A stretch of DNA of 64,000 bases from a cyanobacterium endosymbiont of Rhopalodia gibba (GCA_045159875.1 CP067995.1:2688001-2752000), one strand, 5' to 3'; shown: positions 1 to 13,184, counted from the first letter of the stretch. The notes: generated from the letters alone by a model not told the origin. Numbers and translations: made by a program.

Positions 1-564
1 CTAAAGCTCTTCTTTCAATCTATTTAACTCATCATCAAGTTCCCATTTCTGAAATTCAGCTTCCAGAGGATCAGTCGCCTTATTGTAGGAATAGTAATTA
101 ATCCCTTGATTCCAACCAATATTACTATAATTTTCCTTGGCGTAAGCCGCTTGAGCTTGTGTAACTTGGGTTTGAACCTCCTGTTTACGTTTTTGAATTT
201 GACGAACTAATTCTTTTGTTTTAATAATTTGTTGTTCTGCTCCTTGCATTTGTCCCCAAAGCTGATTTCCTTGACGCAATAAAGCCGCCTCTCTTTGTTG
301 GGCAGGTTCTGCTAAATCTAAACGTCCGACTGCCATAGCTTTAGCAATTCTTCGGTGCCACCGTTGAATATCTTGAGCCACAGTCAAAATATCATTTTCT
401 AAGCATTTTTTTTGTTTTTCTAATTCAATAATTAATCTTAGCGTTTCTTTTTCCTGTTCTCGTAGTTGTTCTAAAAGAGCTTGTAACTCTAGATGAGGGT
501 TATTTCTGAGGAATTCTTCAAGTTGTGTTTCAAGAAATTGACTAAAATTTTTTAAAATATTCAT
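1..564 (-). CDS. PspA-like coiled-coil protein (TIGR04376-type cyanobacterial family)
   Basis: 187-aa ORF; N-terminus FSQFLETQLEEFLRNNPHLELQALLEQLREQE typical of the family; TAG stop at 1-3. Confidence 0.8.
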   Translation of the reverse strand: MNILKNFSQFLETQLEEFLRNNPHLELQALLEQLREQEKETLRLIIELEKQKKCLENDILTVAQDIQRWHRRIAKAMAVGRLDLAEPAQQREAALLRQGNQLWGQMQGAEQQIIKTKELVRQIQKRKQEVQTQVTQAQAAYAKENYSNIGWNQGINYYSYNKATDPLEAEFQKWELDDELNRLKEEL

Positions 565-1566
565 ACAACTATTAACTAATGTAATAACTAATTTAAAATT
601 TCCGCTCTACTTCAAGATAGCGTGTTTGCCTGTTAGGATAAATAACTACTTTCTAATTCTCTACTTTCATCAATATACAACTACTTATTTCAATAGACTC
701 TTCAAGAAAGAAACACTAGCTAATCCCATTTTTGAGTAAAGACAATAGAGAGATAATACAGTTTCTTTGAGTAATCCCACTAATTCGTAGGCATAATTTC
801 TTATGGAAGTCATTACTAATAAAATTGTCACCGAACTTGATCACTTAGAAAGTGTTCTACCTAATATTTAGTGAGACACGAACCTGGGTCGGAGAAGTTG
901 GTGATCGATTTGGGATAGAAATAGGAGCGACAGAAAACAGGGAAATAATTAGAGGTGATGCTGCTTCTGAGGAAGATTCCTGTGACAGATGGATACTTGA
1001 TCATTAGACTTAACTGGAATTTGAGGGTTAGGCTTTGTATCAATAACCTTCAAGGACTGCTCTAGATACGCAATAAACTGAGTATAAGCTGCGGATGGAA
1101 GACGATTTCGAGTCTTTTGTTCTTGGTAATTAGAAAATAAGTAGGTGTAACTGAACCAAAAACAATACTACTAGGATAAAACAAGTACAACCTACTTCAA
1201 AGAGGATTTTTGTCCAAAAATCCTAGGATAGAATGACCGCTTTTAATTGGATTCACGAGTTTTCTTCACAGCCTTACTGAATTTATTTTTGAATAAGCAG
1301 TAAAACATAAATGGACAACACTATGTTAGGAACTATTAAGGAAATAGGAATTTATGAGAGCTAATAATCATCTAGGATTTCAAAAGAACAGGAAAATTTA
1401 AATTAAATCCCGAAAAAGTCTGTGAATTTCAAAAAAAAGACAAAAATAAGGATAAAAAAATGCAGGAGAGGACTTATTCATGTTTTTATTTTTGTTTAGA
1501 GTTATTGACTTATTTTTAAACGACAATCGATCAATTCCATCCCAGTACAATCATTCACCTAAAATT

Positions 1567-2211
1567 CTAGTCCTCAGCTCGCCATTCTCTGTTGCCCATC
1601 CTAGGCAATGTACTATTAGGAACTTCTAACTGTGAAGGACGAGTACGAGTATTTCTGCGAACATTAGTGACCCCATCAGGTTCAGGTAAAAAGGCAATAG
1701 GATCAACCGCCGTTCTTCCCTTAGGGTGAATTTCAAAATGTAAGTGGGGCCCAGTGCTATTGCCAGTACTTCCCATCTCAGCAATTTGTTGTCCTTGTTC
1801 AACTTGTTGTCCGCGACGCACTAAAAGCCGGCGGTTGTGTCCGTAAAAACTGATGCTACCGTCAGGATGACGTAATTTTACCAAAATTCCGTAGCCTTGA
1901 GAATTCCATCCAGCTGAAATCACTACCCCGGTAGCGGCCGCAAAAACCGGGGTCCCCATTGGTCCTGCAATGTCAATTCCTTCGTGCATATTGCCGTAAC
2001 GTATTCCAAAACCGGAAGTCATTCGCCCCTGAGTTGGCCAAATATAACCTGTAGACATTTGAGGGGTTTTCAGTTTATACCGGTTAGAGGTATTGGGAGA
2101 AAATTTCATCCTACCGTTTGAGTCTCCTGAGGCTTCAACCATATTGTTACAAAACACGGATAGGAGCAGGCTAACACTCGTTAGGGCTAATCCCGGAGAT
2201 AATCGTTTCAT
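1567..2211 (-). CDS. M23 family metallopeptidase with signal peptide
   Basis: HEGIDIAG (HxxxD), YGHN and STGPHLHFE motifs; hydrophobic N-terminus. Confidence 0.9.
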   Translation of the reverse strand: MKRLSPGLALTSVSLLLSVFCNNMVEASGDSNGRMKFSPNTSNRYKLKTPQMSTGYIWPTQGRMTSGFGIRYGNMHEGIDIAGPMGTPVFAAATGVVISAGWNSQGYGILVKLRHPDGSISFYGHNRRLLVRRGQQVEQGQQIAEMGSTGNSTGPHLHFEIHPKGRTAVDPIAFLPEPDGVTNVRRNTRTRPSQLEVPNSTLPRMGNREWRAED

Positions 2212-2947
2212 ATGTTTTAAGAGAAATTCAAGTCTTATGAGTAAGAAGGTTTTGTTAAAAACTTTAAAATGTTGTGAAATTACTTTACTTGATATGTGTC
2301 AGAACGTAAAGTCCGCAATAATAGCTGACCTGTTTCATAGATAAAACCTATGCAATTCTTTAGAAAAGTATTCGTGTTAAGTTTCTGCTGCAACCTAGAA
2401 AGTTAACTTCTTTTCGTCTTTTATGAAGCGCACCCCAAAGAGTTTATTTTACCTCTAAACAGAGTGTCTAATTTTTTGTAAAATATCTCTTTGCTCATAA
2501 TATTAAGCAAAGAAAGGAGGAATAACTTGTCTGAAGAAAGCTAACAGTTACAACTTTAGGATACTCTTTCTCAGTTTTTAGAAAAAAGAAAGATTCTTAA
2601 GAAAACTGTTGCGACCAATGATGCTCAAGAGTCACCTTAAATCAAACCCTATTATAATTTTAATACAACCACCGATCAGAGGCATTAACCTTAATTTATG
2701 AACTACAATAGGCGAGCACCCAACAGTCCAAGTTGATTCCTATTTATTTAATAAGATAAAAATTGATAGTAGTCGTTTCATTGAAAGTGATATTATCCCT
2801 AGAATTCAGACAATTCTAGAACGGCTCACCTATTATTGATGATTGCTTGCAGAGGTATACCGGAGCAAAGTCTAAGACATAGGAACTTCTCTAAGTGTCG
2901 TATCCCTCCCTATGATTAGGTTGAGGAAACCTCATTTGTAATTATCA

Positions 2948-3430
2948 TTAAAGATAAAGATGATTTCGACGAATTTCTTCTAATAATCCTCCACAAGCAT
3001 CTAATAATAAATCAATTACCTTATCAAACTCTACCCGACTTCCATAATAAGGGTCGGGAATTTGTTTTTCGTGGTGTTGTGTCATAAACTCACATATCAA
3101 ACGTACTTTATTCTTATACACTCCTTCGGTATCAAGAGCTAAAATATTTTGATGATTTTCCTGATCCATTGCTAAAATCAGGTCAAACTGTTTAAAGTCG
3201 AACCAATTAAATTGTCTAGCCCTGCCCCGAAACTCAATTCCCCGAATCAGTGCAGCCGATTTCATTCTACGATCTGGGGCAGCGCCAATATGGTAACTTG
3301 ATGTCCCCGCCGAATCACAAATAATCTGCTTTTCTAAATTCGCTTCTTTGATTAGGTGGTTCATAATATTCTCCGCTGCCGGAGAGCGACAAATGTTACC
3401 AAGACAGACAAACAGTAATCTGTATACCAT
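2948..3430 (-). CDS. Low-molecular-weight protein-tyrosine phosphatase
   Basis: CLGNICRS P-loop and DPYY motif; ATG at 3430. Confidence 0.95.
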   Translation of the reverse strand: MVYRLLFVCLGNICRSPAAENIMNHLIKEANLEKQIICDSAGTSSYHIGAAPDRRMKSAALIRGIEFRGRARQFNWFDFKQFDLILAMDQENHQNILALDTEGVYKNKVRLICEFMTQHHEKQIPDPYYGSRVEFDKVIDLLLDACGGLLEEIRRNHLYL

Positions 3431-3576
3431 GAATTTTACCAAAATACCTTAAGACGACGATTCTAACTGAATTCTAACCAGGACATCCTAGATTATATGC
3501 TGGATTCTGACCTGGCTCCAATGCTAAGGTTCAATCACCAAATTTATACCCCTGTTTCCTAGAGGAAAATTTTCAA

Positions 3577-4986
3577 ATGTTGAATTTACTTAAGAAAACT
3601 CGTTCTTACAGTTCCTATCACAACAATTTTTACAATAAAAAACCCAATCGTTTCCCTAAGATTTCTTTATTTTTTCTGCTTCTTGCTTGTCCTGTTTTAA
3701 TTATCCTTTCGGAATTTTTAGCTCAAGCTTATTTAGGAATAACAGGTAAAGATAACAATATAGATGGCAAGTCACCTTTAATAAGAGCCTATCAGCTTAA
3801 CTTCCTGACCGCTAATAAACAACCAATAGAAGGATTAACTGACGGAGGAGATTTAGTAGTTAAGCGCAGTTCTACCCTTGGTTATGAACTCATAAGTCCT
3901 CAAAAAGGAAAATTTTGGCAAATCAATGAACAAGGGGTACGTGATAGTGAGCCTCTACCCTTAGCAAAACCAGGCAATGAAATTCGGATTTTTATTTTAG
4001 GAGGTTCTACCGCTTTTGGACAGTTGAATACTAATAATCAGGCTACGATTAGCCATTACCTTGAAGCTCGTCTTAAACAACGAGTTAAACAACAAAAAAG
4101 TTCTCCTGCTCAATACCGTCCTGATATTTTTCCTTTTTTTGCCCCCACCAGACGACAATTAACAAAATTGCCCCCCAAGATTCGTGAGGGTAACTATCGA
4201 GTTATTAATGCCGCGGTTCCAGGATATACTTCAGGAAATCAATTAGCTAAATTGGCCCTGAGAATTTTACCTTATCAACCAGATCTAATTGTGGTCTTGG
4301 ATGGTTATGAAGATTTAATGTTACAAAGTAGTTATCCTAAAGCTGATATTCCCCATATTGACGAGTTTTTAGCCGATGCCAAGGGTTATTTTCGTGATTC
4401 TTTGGATTTTTCTTTTGATCAATGGCTAAGAAGTACAGCACTAGTGAAAACATTCAATTCTTTTACCCCTCAATCTTCTGTTTCTTTAGACCAAACCAGT
4501 CTAGCTCTCAATAACGATGGCAAATCTCTTAAATCCTATTTACCTAATGATATTGAAGAATTGAAACGTCGGGTTGACCGTTATGAAGAAAATCATAAAC
4601 AGTTAATTAAGTTATCTGCACGATGGGGAATTCCTGTTGTGTTAGCCATTCAACCAGAAATTACCTGTCGTAGTGTGGATAAACTTTCAGCTGAAGAAAA
4701 GGCTATTCGTAATCATCTGGGAAAGGATTATCTTGAGGACTTTCCTCCAGCTTATGGTGAATTAGTGAAAGCAAGTCAACACTTGGCTAAAGCATTTCCA
4801 AAAAATGTCAAAGTCGTTAATTTTTATCAGAGTAATTCTTCTTTTCCCACTCCGATGTTCTCTGACACAGTCCATCTAACGGAGCAATCTAATAAGGTAA
4901 TGGCAGAAAAATTTTATCATGCAATTACTGCTTGGGAAAAAATACAGATCATTCCCCAATATTTTTATCTGAAGACGAGCCGGTAA
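3577..4986 (+). CDS. Membrane-anchored SGNH/GDSL hydrolase family protein
   Basis: N-terminal TM segment; GGSTAFG, NAAVPGY and DTVH blocks. Confidence 0.85.
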   Translation: MLNLLKKTRSYSSYHNNFYNKKPNRFPKISLFFLLLACPVLIILSEFLAQAYLGITGKDNNIDGKSPLIRAYQLNFLTANKQPIEGLTDGGDLVVKRSSTLGYELISPQKGKFWQINEQGVRDSEPLPLAKPGNEIRIFILGGSTAFGQLNTNNQATISHYLEARLKQRVKQQKSSPAQYRPDIFPFFAPTRRQLTKLPPKIREGNYRVINAAVPGYTSGNQLAKLALRILPYQPDLIVVLDGYEDLMLQSSYPKADIPHIDEFLADAKGYFRDSLDFSFDQWLRSTALVKTFNSFTPQSSVSLDQTSLALNNDGKSLKSYLPNDIEELKRRVDRYEENHKQLIKLSARWGIPVVLAIQPEITCRSVDKLSAEEKAIRNHLGKDYLEDFPPAYGELVKASQHLAKAFPKNVKVVNFYQSNSSFPTPMFSDTVHLTEQSNKVMAEKFYHAITAWEKIQIIPQYFYLKTSR

Positions 4987-6399
4987 CTTGAAAAAAGTAT
5001 AGATCATGGAATAAATTCTTCCAATTTTCTGCCTAAAGTTAACGTTTATAGACTTATAAAAAAGCACCTCAAACTAAGATCTTGCATCAAGATAAATAAA
5101 TTGAATAAAGAGAACAATTTTTCAAACAGTTATTACCACAATCTAACCTTGTTCCTTCTCTATATTAGCTAATTTAAAATTAGGTGTGATTAGATAAGTT
5201 AGGGCTGAGTCGTTCGCTATGGGTAGTCTTAACCAAATAAGATTATGTCAATTATTTATGATATTTATTGACATTCATTATGTGAATTATCGTTCTATAA
5301 ATAGAAAGCGAGGAAATAAAACAATAGTCAAAAGCCTTAAACTAACTACACAGTCCACCGTATATCGACTCTCAGGAGTGATCGTGATCTACACAGTCAC
5401 GAATTCAAAAATACATTTTAATTCTCAGAGCTTTAACATTCCTTCTGTCACAGTACAGCAGCAAAAATGTTTGGCTTATCTACGCTCCGTCATTGTGAAA
5501 AATTGATCAAGACTTCAGTCAAAAATGACCAAACTATCGGACGAATTTCTCTCATTGTATTTGGTAAAAAAATCTAACGAGTATAATTATAGAACTATAG
5601 TAAGTTAATAAAAAGATAGTTAATAATTTTTCTTTTAAGATGGAATTATAAAAACAATACAATATAAAAAGTCTAATTCATTAGATAACCTTAAAGAAAT
5701 CTAATAAATCTACACTAAAAAAGTGGTCAAAAAAGAGCAGTTACTAGTAGATACTAGCTTGTCCCAAACGAGAATAATATCAGAAGTATTTTACTTAAAA
5801 AATAAAAAAATAGAAACTTTTTTAAGTTTTGATGGATGTAAAACTATGTATTTAAAATACAGCTATCAAAATATTTTTCAGATAAATTTTTTGTTACATT
5901 CTCCCTCTGAGAATTGAAAAAAATCTAAAAAAAAGCATAAAGTAGATTTAAATATGCTACAAAAAAAAACTTAATAATAGCTAACAACTATCTAAAATTT
6001 TTTAAAAAGGAGTAAAAAGTTAAATTGACTCTTGAAAAAATTAATTAAATAATTTTAAAGAAGAACTAAGAATCAAAAAAGTACGGCTCAAAATTAGTTG
6101 ATATACTAAAAAAATTGATGCAGGTACAAATAAATCTAAAAAATCCGGCAAAAGCAAAAGAATAGGCACAGTAATTATTCTTTATGATTACTCAGTTCAT
6201 ACAAGTAGTTTAGTTAAAGTAAATTTAAAACAATAAAAAAAATATATATTTTCTATCAATTTACAGTCTAGAGCCAAATACATATAGAAAGAAAATAGCA
6301 TCTTTTGTTTAGATAAATTAAACTAAAGAAACAAAAGAAACGAGACCGTACTCGATAGATATTCTCACGAGAAGTATAGGCCTATTTTCGCATGCCTGA

Positions 6400-6737
6400 A
6401 GAAAATTTCCTCTAATCGAGGTAGAATAAGTTTTTATCATAAAATAATTTCTAGGACAATAAACGATGCTACTTCACAATAACTAATTACCTGCTTACAC
6501 GAAGAAAAAGATGTTGCAGTTAGTATGTCTAGCATGTACCGTTTAATCTTAAAATTTAAGTGAATCCCAAAAAATACTTCATATCTTGGAAGTCTACATA
6601 GATATGGTTTGAACTTTCTAACAGAAATATTCGACTACATTTAGATAACTCAAACGTTTAGACATAGTTTCTATTGATGGAATAGTAGTTGACAACCATG
6701 ACTCGTTACTGTGCCAGAATAACTAAAAAAAACGAGT
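6400..6737 (+). mobile_element. Decayed IS630-family transposase, N-terminal/central fragment
   Basis: From 6462 NDATSQ*LITCLHEEKDVAVSMSSMYRLILKF (cf. NDATLEEL...VSxSTMxRxLxKL); from 6661 DIVSIDG...MTRYCAR (cf. LVFIDESG...MTRLYAR); stops and frameshifts. Confidence 0.7.
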
Positions 6738-7330
6738 TTAAGGAGTTTCTAGCAGGATATCTGCTGCCAATATTCTTCGAAGTTGAGAGAATTCTTATAC
6801 ATTTTATTAGAGAGTATTTCTCTGCAGATAGTCCACAAGACTGGCATAGACTAAAACCCATATTGTTGGCGACAATTATCTTTCCATCGCTTCCCTAACG
6901 TTAACTTCTGTAGTCACTTTTTCAGTGGCTTTCATGCCCGTTTTATGAGCTTCAATGACAACAGCGATCACTTTTCTAATTTTGTTTGACGTCTCTTAAT
7001 ATATGGGTAATATACAAAGAAATAATGGTATTTGTTAGGGTTAGATCTTTTTACCTCTTGATTATACGAAACACAACAGTTAAACTGTTGACATTGTTGT
7101 TGATAGATGGAATGTCTTGAGCAACTAAGGTAGCTACATCAGTAATGTAATGGGTTAATTCTATTAAAGGAATAGGACTGGTCGGCCATCATTTTTTAAG
7201 CCATTAATCCTTGTTTAGGGAGAGATTCTATACAAAGAGAATTTTCAAAAGGATATCGATAAACAACATTATCTTTCCATGCCAAAAATAAATAACCGTA
7301 TTTTGGGGGGACACTTTACACAATAAAGGA
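6738..7330 (-). pseudogene. Aminopeptidase P (M24) family pseudogene, C-terminal part missing
   Basis: Minus-strand fragments ELTHYITDVATLVAQD, KDLTLTNTIISLYITH, VIEAHKTGMKAT, NVREAME, IIVANNM and LAADILLETP match cyanobacterial aminopeptidase P in order. Confidence 0.7.
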
Positions 7331-8143
7331 GGTAACTATTGGCAGAATAGAAAAAATGATTTATAAGAAAATTACATGATGGGATTTTTCTTGATTAGAG
7401 AATCACAAAACTATTGATTTATTTTATTAATTGTTGCCGTCGTTGTTTTAGAATATGGATGAAATCTTGATGATTTTTGATTCCCCACATTATTCAGTTT
7501 AGGTTTAAACGAAACTAGAATGCACAACTGTATGCCATGCCATTATCTACATAAATGAACAACCACGTAAAAGATACTTTTTCATTGAAGGTTTATAATG
7601 AGATGATTTAACAGGCATTAATTCTTCCTTACAAAAATGGATAAAAATCCCTAATCAGAACCTTTAATGTCATTTATAATAATGGCTAGTTATTGGAAGG
7701 GAAAAAATATCTGGCTTAAGTTTAAGTTAAGCAAAATAAGCTGAAAATTAACAGAACTTTAACCACTCACGATTTATTTAAACGGGCTGATAGTACTCAG
7801 CTTAAATAAAATTTAGTCAATGAATTACACTTTCACATTAAGAATATTAGTAGATGGACACAATTAGCATACTTAGACTGTATGTCTAGAGTGAGATGTG
7901 AGTGTAGTTGGGTTGTTCTGTATGTAGCGATTGCATCGGTCGACCGCTCTATCCCAGACTCTTGCGCTCTGTTTACACTGACAAGTAATTAAGTCATAGA
8001 TAGCTACTATGTAACGGAATAGTAGCTATTATCTGGTTGATAAAGTACCACAATGGGTTAAAAAAGCGCAATCTTTCATAATTGGAGTTATAAATCTAAG
8101 TTATGATGAAAAGGGAAGTTAAATTTGTGGACGAGAGGAAATA

Positions 8144-8455
8144 ATGACTGGACAAGAATTACATACACTGCTGTTTAGTAAATGGAGCAGGTCTTATGAT
8201 ATCCAATTACGAAAAGTCAAGGGGAGAATTGTTTGTCAGGTGATGTGGAAATACCTTGAACAAGCTTCTTTTCCTATGTCTAAAACTGAGTATTTTAACC
8301 ATTTGGAGTCCGTGGCGAGTTATCTAACAGCTTGGGGAAGTACAGAACAGATTATCACTTATTTAGAGCAAACCCATGATCGCCCCCGTTTGGGTAAAGT
8401 CATAAGCATTTTCCTAAATTTAGGGGAAAAAACTTCTGAATGGATTTTAGATTAA
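8144..8455 (+). CDS. DUF3067 family protein
   Basis: KWSRSYDIQLR, QVMWKYLEQASFP and RPRLGK motifs; GAGG RBS. Confidence 0.9.
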   Translation: MTGQELHTLLFSKWSRSYDIQLRKVKGRIVCQVMWKYLEQASFPMSKTEYFNHLESVASYLTAWGSTEQIITYLEQTHDRPRLGKVISIFLNLGEKTSEWILD

Positions 8456-8951
8456 TGTAATCAAAAAAACACTGAAATCAACTAACTTACAACTAATGTA
8501 ACATATTTTTTTGCTGAACTATTTTAACTTTTTTACTCAATTTGAGAGTAATTTATGACCTTCTTTTTATTTGATAAATTACTTTTTAAGTTTTTGGTAA
8601 AATTAAGTTTTATTGACTATTTTTCCAGATAGAACTTAAACTTATTTCTATGGATAAAAAACTGTAGAGCAGTTAAGCTAGTCGTTAGCCTAAAAGAGAT
8701 ATTATCTATTTTAACTAACAAGCAACTCAGGAAACAGTAGAGGAGTTTAAAATAAATTAAAGTTGATTTAAAGGAGGACTCGTAAATTCAGAATTGTCGT
8801 CAATTTTTTAGTCAAAAATTTATTGACTTAACATTTTAATAGTTAATTTTACATCATCAGTCTGGTAGAACTTCACTTCTCTAAAAGTATCACAATTCTT
8901 CTTTTTCTGAAATAATTTCTCTAGAAGTTGTTTTTATCATTGCATGATATG

Positions 8952-9190
8952 CTAGGTGCAACATGACGTAAAAATATTAGAACAATTTTTAAAAGCAGCA
9001 TCTATGGATTTTCTGACTGTTTTAAGTGTAGAAAGCATTTATTTGAGGTTTTTTTACAAAAGACCACAAATTCTCAATTTTGTTTAAATCTAAAAAGTCA
9101 GGCGGGGGATACCATCGTTTATATCTAGTTTATTACACTATTTCTCTAATGGTTTCTCTCTTGTGAGAAGCTTGAGATAAGTTGTTCTTA
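8952..9190 (-). mobile_element. Decayed IS630-family (ISY100-like) transposase, C-terminal fragment
   Basis: Minus strand ASHKRETIREIV...WYPPPDFLDLNKIENLWSFVKK...SIDAAFKNCSNIF, matching the DNASFHK...YLPPYSPDLNKIExxW motif. Confidence 0.75.
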
Positions 9191-9908
9191 CAACCTTCTT
9201 CAACAGTTAAAGAAACAAAGATTTCTCCTTTTTTAAAAATCCGAATAGAACTAACTCTTTCTCTTTTTCTTCTAAACTACTGATCTTGCTCACTCCACCA
9301 TCTAATTGCTTATTCTCTAACTGAAAAATCATCTTAACATTTTTGCGCAATGCTCTGGATTTATCCAACCCAAAATTTCCTTAACTTTACTACCCTCTTG
9401 TATTTAAAGATAAAACTCCCACTCCCGTTCTCACTCTGTAGTAAGTTTTTTAAGTGTCGTGTCAAATTTGATAGTTTTTGCTATTACAATTCTGTTAACT
9501 AAATTTTCAGTTCAGCTGGCATCTAGTGATTATTATTTTTTAAAATTTTAGATCTATTTAAGCTCATCTACTTATTTTTAAACCCCCTAAAATTTTTATT
9601 TCCAATTTTTTAAATCATCTCTATTTTCTCTCTGCACAAAGTAAAAAAACTATGATTCTCAATTAACTCATTATCAAAACTGAACCAAATTAAAGAGTTA
9701 AACAAAATCAAACCAATTATAAATATAAAAAGCCATAACTAATACTAACAAGGTATCATCAGATAGGATAACTTTTACAGTAGTAGATGCTATCGGTATT
9801 TACAAAGTTGGGTTAAGTAACACTGCTGAAATTTTTATAAAATCAGCTTCTTTACCTTTCACCTTCATATGGCATCATAATCCTTTAATTTTAAATTAAC
9901 CATCGTCA

Positions 9909-12050
9909 GTGAATATGTTCTTTTTATTAGAAGTTGGAACAGAAGAATTACCCGCAGATTTTGTTGATAGTGCGATCGCCCAATGGGAACAACACATCCC
10001 CTCTAGCCTACAAGAAGAATTTCTCACTCCGGAGTCCATCACCTTTTATGGGACACCCCGTCGCTTAGCCGTCTTAATTGCAGGACTCCCTGAGCAACAA
10101 GACGAGCACACTAAAATCATCAAAGGTCCATCAGCGCAAGTAGCATTTAAGGATGGAAAACCCACTAAATCAGCAGAAGGATTTTCTCGTAAACAGAAGG
10201 TAGACATCGCTGATCTAGAAATTCGCCCGACAGAAAAGGGTAACTTTGTGTTTATTGAGAAAAAGATTAAAGGACAACCTACATCGGAGATTTTACAAGA
10301 ATTAATCCCCACCTGGATTACAAAATTAGAAGGAAGAAGGTTTATGCGGTGGGGGAATGGAGACTTACGCTTTCCCCGTCCCATTCGCTGGTTAGTGGTA
10401 CTGTGTGATGCTCAAATCCTCCCTTTGCAATTAGCTAATGCAGAAAACACCTTAATTAGTGATCGTATTTCCTATGGCCATCGTATTCTTCATCCCGATC
10501 CTGTTGCTATCTCCCACGCATCTCAGTATAGGGAAACCTTAGGAACTGTATTTGTTGAAGTGGATCGGGACTACCGTCGTAAAACCATTGAAAAAGAAGT
10601 GAACACGATGGCTAAAAAACTAAAAGGAACCTCAGATATTCCCTCTGATTTGTTAACAGAAGTAACCAACCTAGTAGAATATCCCACGGCGATCACTGGA
10701 ACATTTGATGAAGAATTTCTTGAACTTCCCACCGAGGTCATCACTACCGTGATGATGACTCATCAACGTTATTTTACGGTTAAAAATTCCCAAGGATCAC
10801 TATTATCTAACTTTATTACCATTTCCAATGGTGATCGCACAAAATCTGAGATTATCGCCACAGGAAATGCACGGGTGCTCCGGGCCCGTCTAGCAGATGC
10901 TCAATTTTTCTACCATGCAGACTGTAGTAAACCCTTCGATAGTTTCTTTCCCCAACTCGAAACCGTTATCTTTCAAGAAGAATTAGGAACTATGAAGGAC
11001 AAAGTTGAACGCATTATGACCTTATCCCAACAAATTGCCCAACAATTAGAGTTAACACAACAAAAATATAAGGAAATTGAAAGTACAGTCATGCTGTGTA
11101 AAGCGGATCTTGTTACCCAGATGGTCTATGAATTTCCTGAATTACAAGGGATTATAGGACAAAAATATGCCCTGGTTAGCGGAGAGTCGGAAGCAGTGGC
11201 CCAAGGAATTTTTGAGCATTACTTGCCCCGTGGGGCAGATGATATTATGCCACAGTCCCTAACTGGTCAAGTGGTAGGACTTGCTGATCGTTTAGACACT
11301 TTAGTGGGCATTTTGGGGCTAGGTCTAATACCTACTGGATCATCTGATCCCTTTGCTTTAAGACGTGCAGCAAATGGAGTTATTAATATTATTTGGAAAG
11401 CACAATTAGGCATTAATTTAATAAAATTATTGGACCAAGGAAGTCAAGATTTTATAGCGATTTATAGTGATAAAAAATCTCCTCTAGAAAAATTAGAATG
11501 TTTCTTTATTCAACGTCTTCAAACTCTCTTACAAGATGAATTAAAGATTGATTATGATTTAATTAATGCAGTACTAGGACAAGATGACCCTGAGTTTCGG
11601 AAACGCGCTTTACAGAATTTATTAGATCTTCGTGATCGCGCTAAATTCTTACAGAAAATCCGCAAGAATGGTCAGTTAGATGATATTTATGAAACGGTTA
11701 ATCGTTCGACTCGTCTTGCTTCTCAAGGAAACTTAGAATTTTTTGAACTTGATCCTAGAAAAGTCGTTATCCCTGAACTTTTTCAAAAAAATTCAGAAAA
11801 GTTATTCTATCAAGAATTAATAGATTTACTCCCAAAAACTTTATCTGCAAAATCTCAACGCAACTATCAATTATTGGTAGAAGGTTTAGTTGAAATTACT
11901 CCGATAGTAAATAATTTTTTTGATGGAGACAATAGTGTTTTAGTGATGGATAAAGATCCGAACATTAGAAAAAATCGCTTAAATTTATTAGGAATACTTC
12001 GAAATCACGGACGAATCCTATCAGATTTTGGAGCTATTATCAAAGGATAA
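9909..12050 (+). CDS. glyS: Glycine-tRNA ligase beta subunit
   Basis: [27 protein letters not shown] and [14 protein letters not shown] motifs. Confidence 0.97.
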   Translation: MNMFFLLEVGTEELPADFVDSAIAQWEQHIPSSLQEEFLTPESITFYGTPRRLAVLIAGLPEQQDEHTKIIKGPSAQVAFKDGKPTKSAEGFSRKQKVDIADLEIRPTEKGNFVFIEKKIKGQPTSEILQELIPTWITKLEGRRFMRWGNGDLRFPRPIRWLVVLCDAQILPLQLANAENTLISDRISYGHRILHPDPVAISHASQYRETLGTVFVEVDRDYRRKTIEKEVNTMAKKLKGTSDIPSDLLTEVTNLVEYPTAITGTFDEEFLELPTEVITTVMMTHQRYFTVKNSQGSLLSNFITISNGDRTKSEIIATGNARVLRARLADAQFFYHADCSKPFDSFFPQLETVIFQEELGTMKDKVERIMTLSQQIAQQLELTQQKYKEIESTVMLCKADLVTQMVYEFPELQGIIGQKYALVSGESEAVAQGIFEHYLPRGADDIMPQSLTGQVVGLADRLDTLVGILGLGLIPTGSSDPFALRRAANGVINIIWKAQLGINLIKLLDQGSQDFIAIYSDKKSPLEKLECFFIQRLQTLLQDELKIDYDLINAVLGQDDPEFRKRALQNLLDLRDRAKFLQKIRKNGQLDDIYETVNRSTRLASQGNLEFFELDPRKVVIPELFQKNSEKLFYQELIDLLPKTLSAKSQRNYQLLVEGLVEITPIVNNFFDGDNSVLVMDKDPNIRKNRLNLLGILRNHGRILSDFGAIIKG

Positions 12051-12513
12051 GTTTAGGAGTTTAACTCCAATATTTAATTTACTCTTGGAATATTTTGAAC
12101 AAAGTGATGAATAACTTTTTTAAAAAGTCAAATTTATGTGAAGAACTTCATCAAGTTTATTGACATTAATTATTATTAGTAATTAAGGATTAGAAATAAA
12201 TTTTATTAAAATAACTCAAGGTAATAAATCAATAAAAAACTGCAAATTAAAATTGAAACTCATGAATTATAAGACAAATAAACTTATGATTAAAAATCAA
12301 GGACTTATTGTTTATTCATTACATAAATTTTTTAATGATTTATCCTTGAAAAAAATAATTAAGTATTGTTAACGTTAAGGTAACCTCCCTGACTACCAAC
12401 AGTTAAAACAAAACGTTAACATTAATTTCTGTTTATGTAAAAAGTGAATTTTTAACTTGAAAGAGTACATTTTGGATTTTTTTTTAAAAAAATAAATATA
12501 TGTTGTAAAAATA

Positions 12514-13002
12514 AGAGATCTAGAGATATTTTAGTGTCCGAATATTTTTCATTAGGTTCGACTCATCCTGATAGTCAATGGAATCAAGAAAAAAATTAAG
12601 GCAATGGGATACGAGAAAACTCTATTGATAGATATATTGTAGCAGCGTCCAAAAACCTATTTACCCTTGAAGATCAACCTTTAAAAACTAGATATCAACC
12701 ACTATTATATTTATCTACCGTAGAAAATAGAAAAATTATTAGTGTTCAATATAAAAAAAGGCTATCAACCATAGCAGTTGGCTTTCTAAAATTATTAAGC
12801 CCTTTCAATTCAATCAACTTGTAGCATTATTCTTAATTCAAAATATTATATGAAATACCATAGGTTGTTTCAACCTAGAGCAGAAAATTTAGTCCATCAA
12901 CGAAAAATTATACCGGTAGATCACAATAATAAGTTACGCCCAGAAACTATTGAACAATTAAATTCTATTTTTTGAGAAATTTTATCAAAGTTTGACTTTT
13001 AA
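12514..13002 (+). pseudogene. Sulfotransferase-domain pseudogene (probably extends further upstream)
   Basis: RD(P)RDILVSEYFS 3'-PAPS-binding motif with a frameshift; C-terminal HQRKIIPVDHNNKLRPETIEQLN; several stops. Confidence 0.65.
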
Positions 13003-13184
13003 ACAAAATTACTGAAGAGTCCAATCATAAGTTAGAACCATGATGGTGTCTTACATAAATTTTTAGGTAGTGTAAATAACACACTAGTTATATTTTTGAG
13101 GAAAAGAAACTCTCCGAGTCGCAAATTTAGTAAAAGAACGTTACATTAAATATTGACGTTGTAACTTTGGATGCAGGAGCCTCC

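Noticed and set aside
800..1140. GC-richer tract that might be an ncRNA or decayed gene
   Set aside because: No rnpB/ssrA/ffs signature seen; probably a pseudogene, but I could not assign a family.
6689..6898. 69-aa ORF
   Set aside because: Chimera of an IS630 fragment (MTRYCAR) and the antisense of the aminopeptidase relic.
7830..8000. Possible decayed ferredoxin-like gene on the minus strand
   Set aside because: Cys motifs are not recoverable; similarity too weak.
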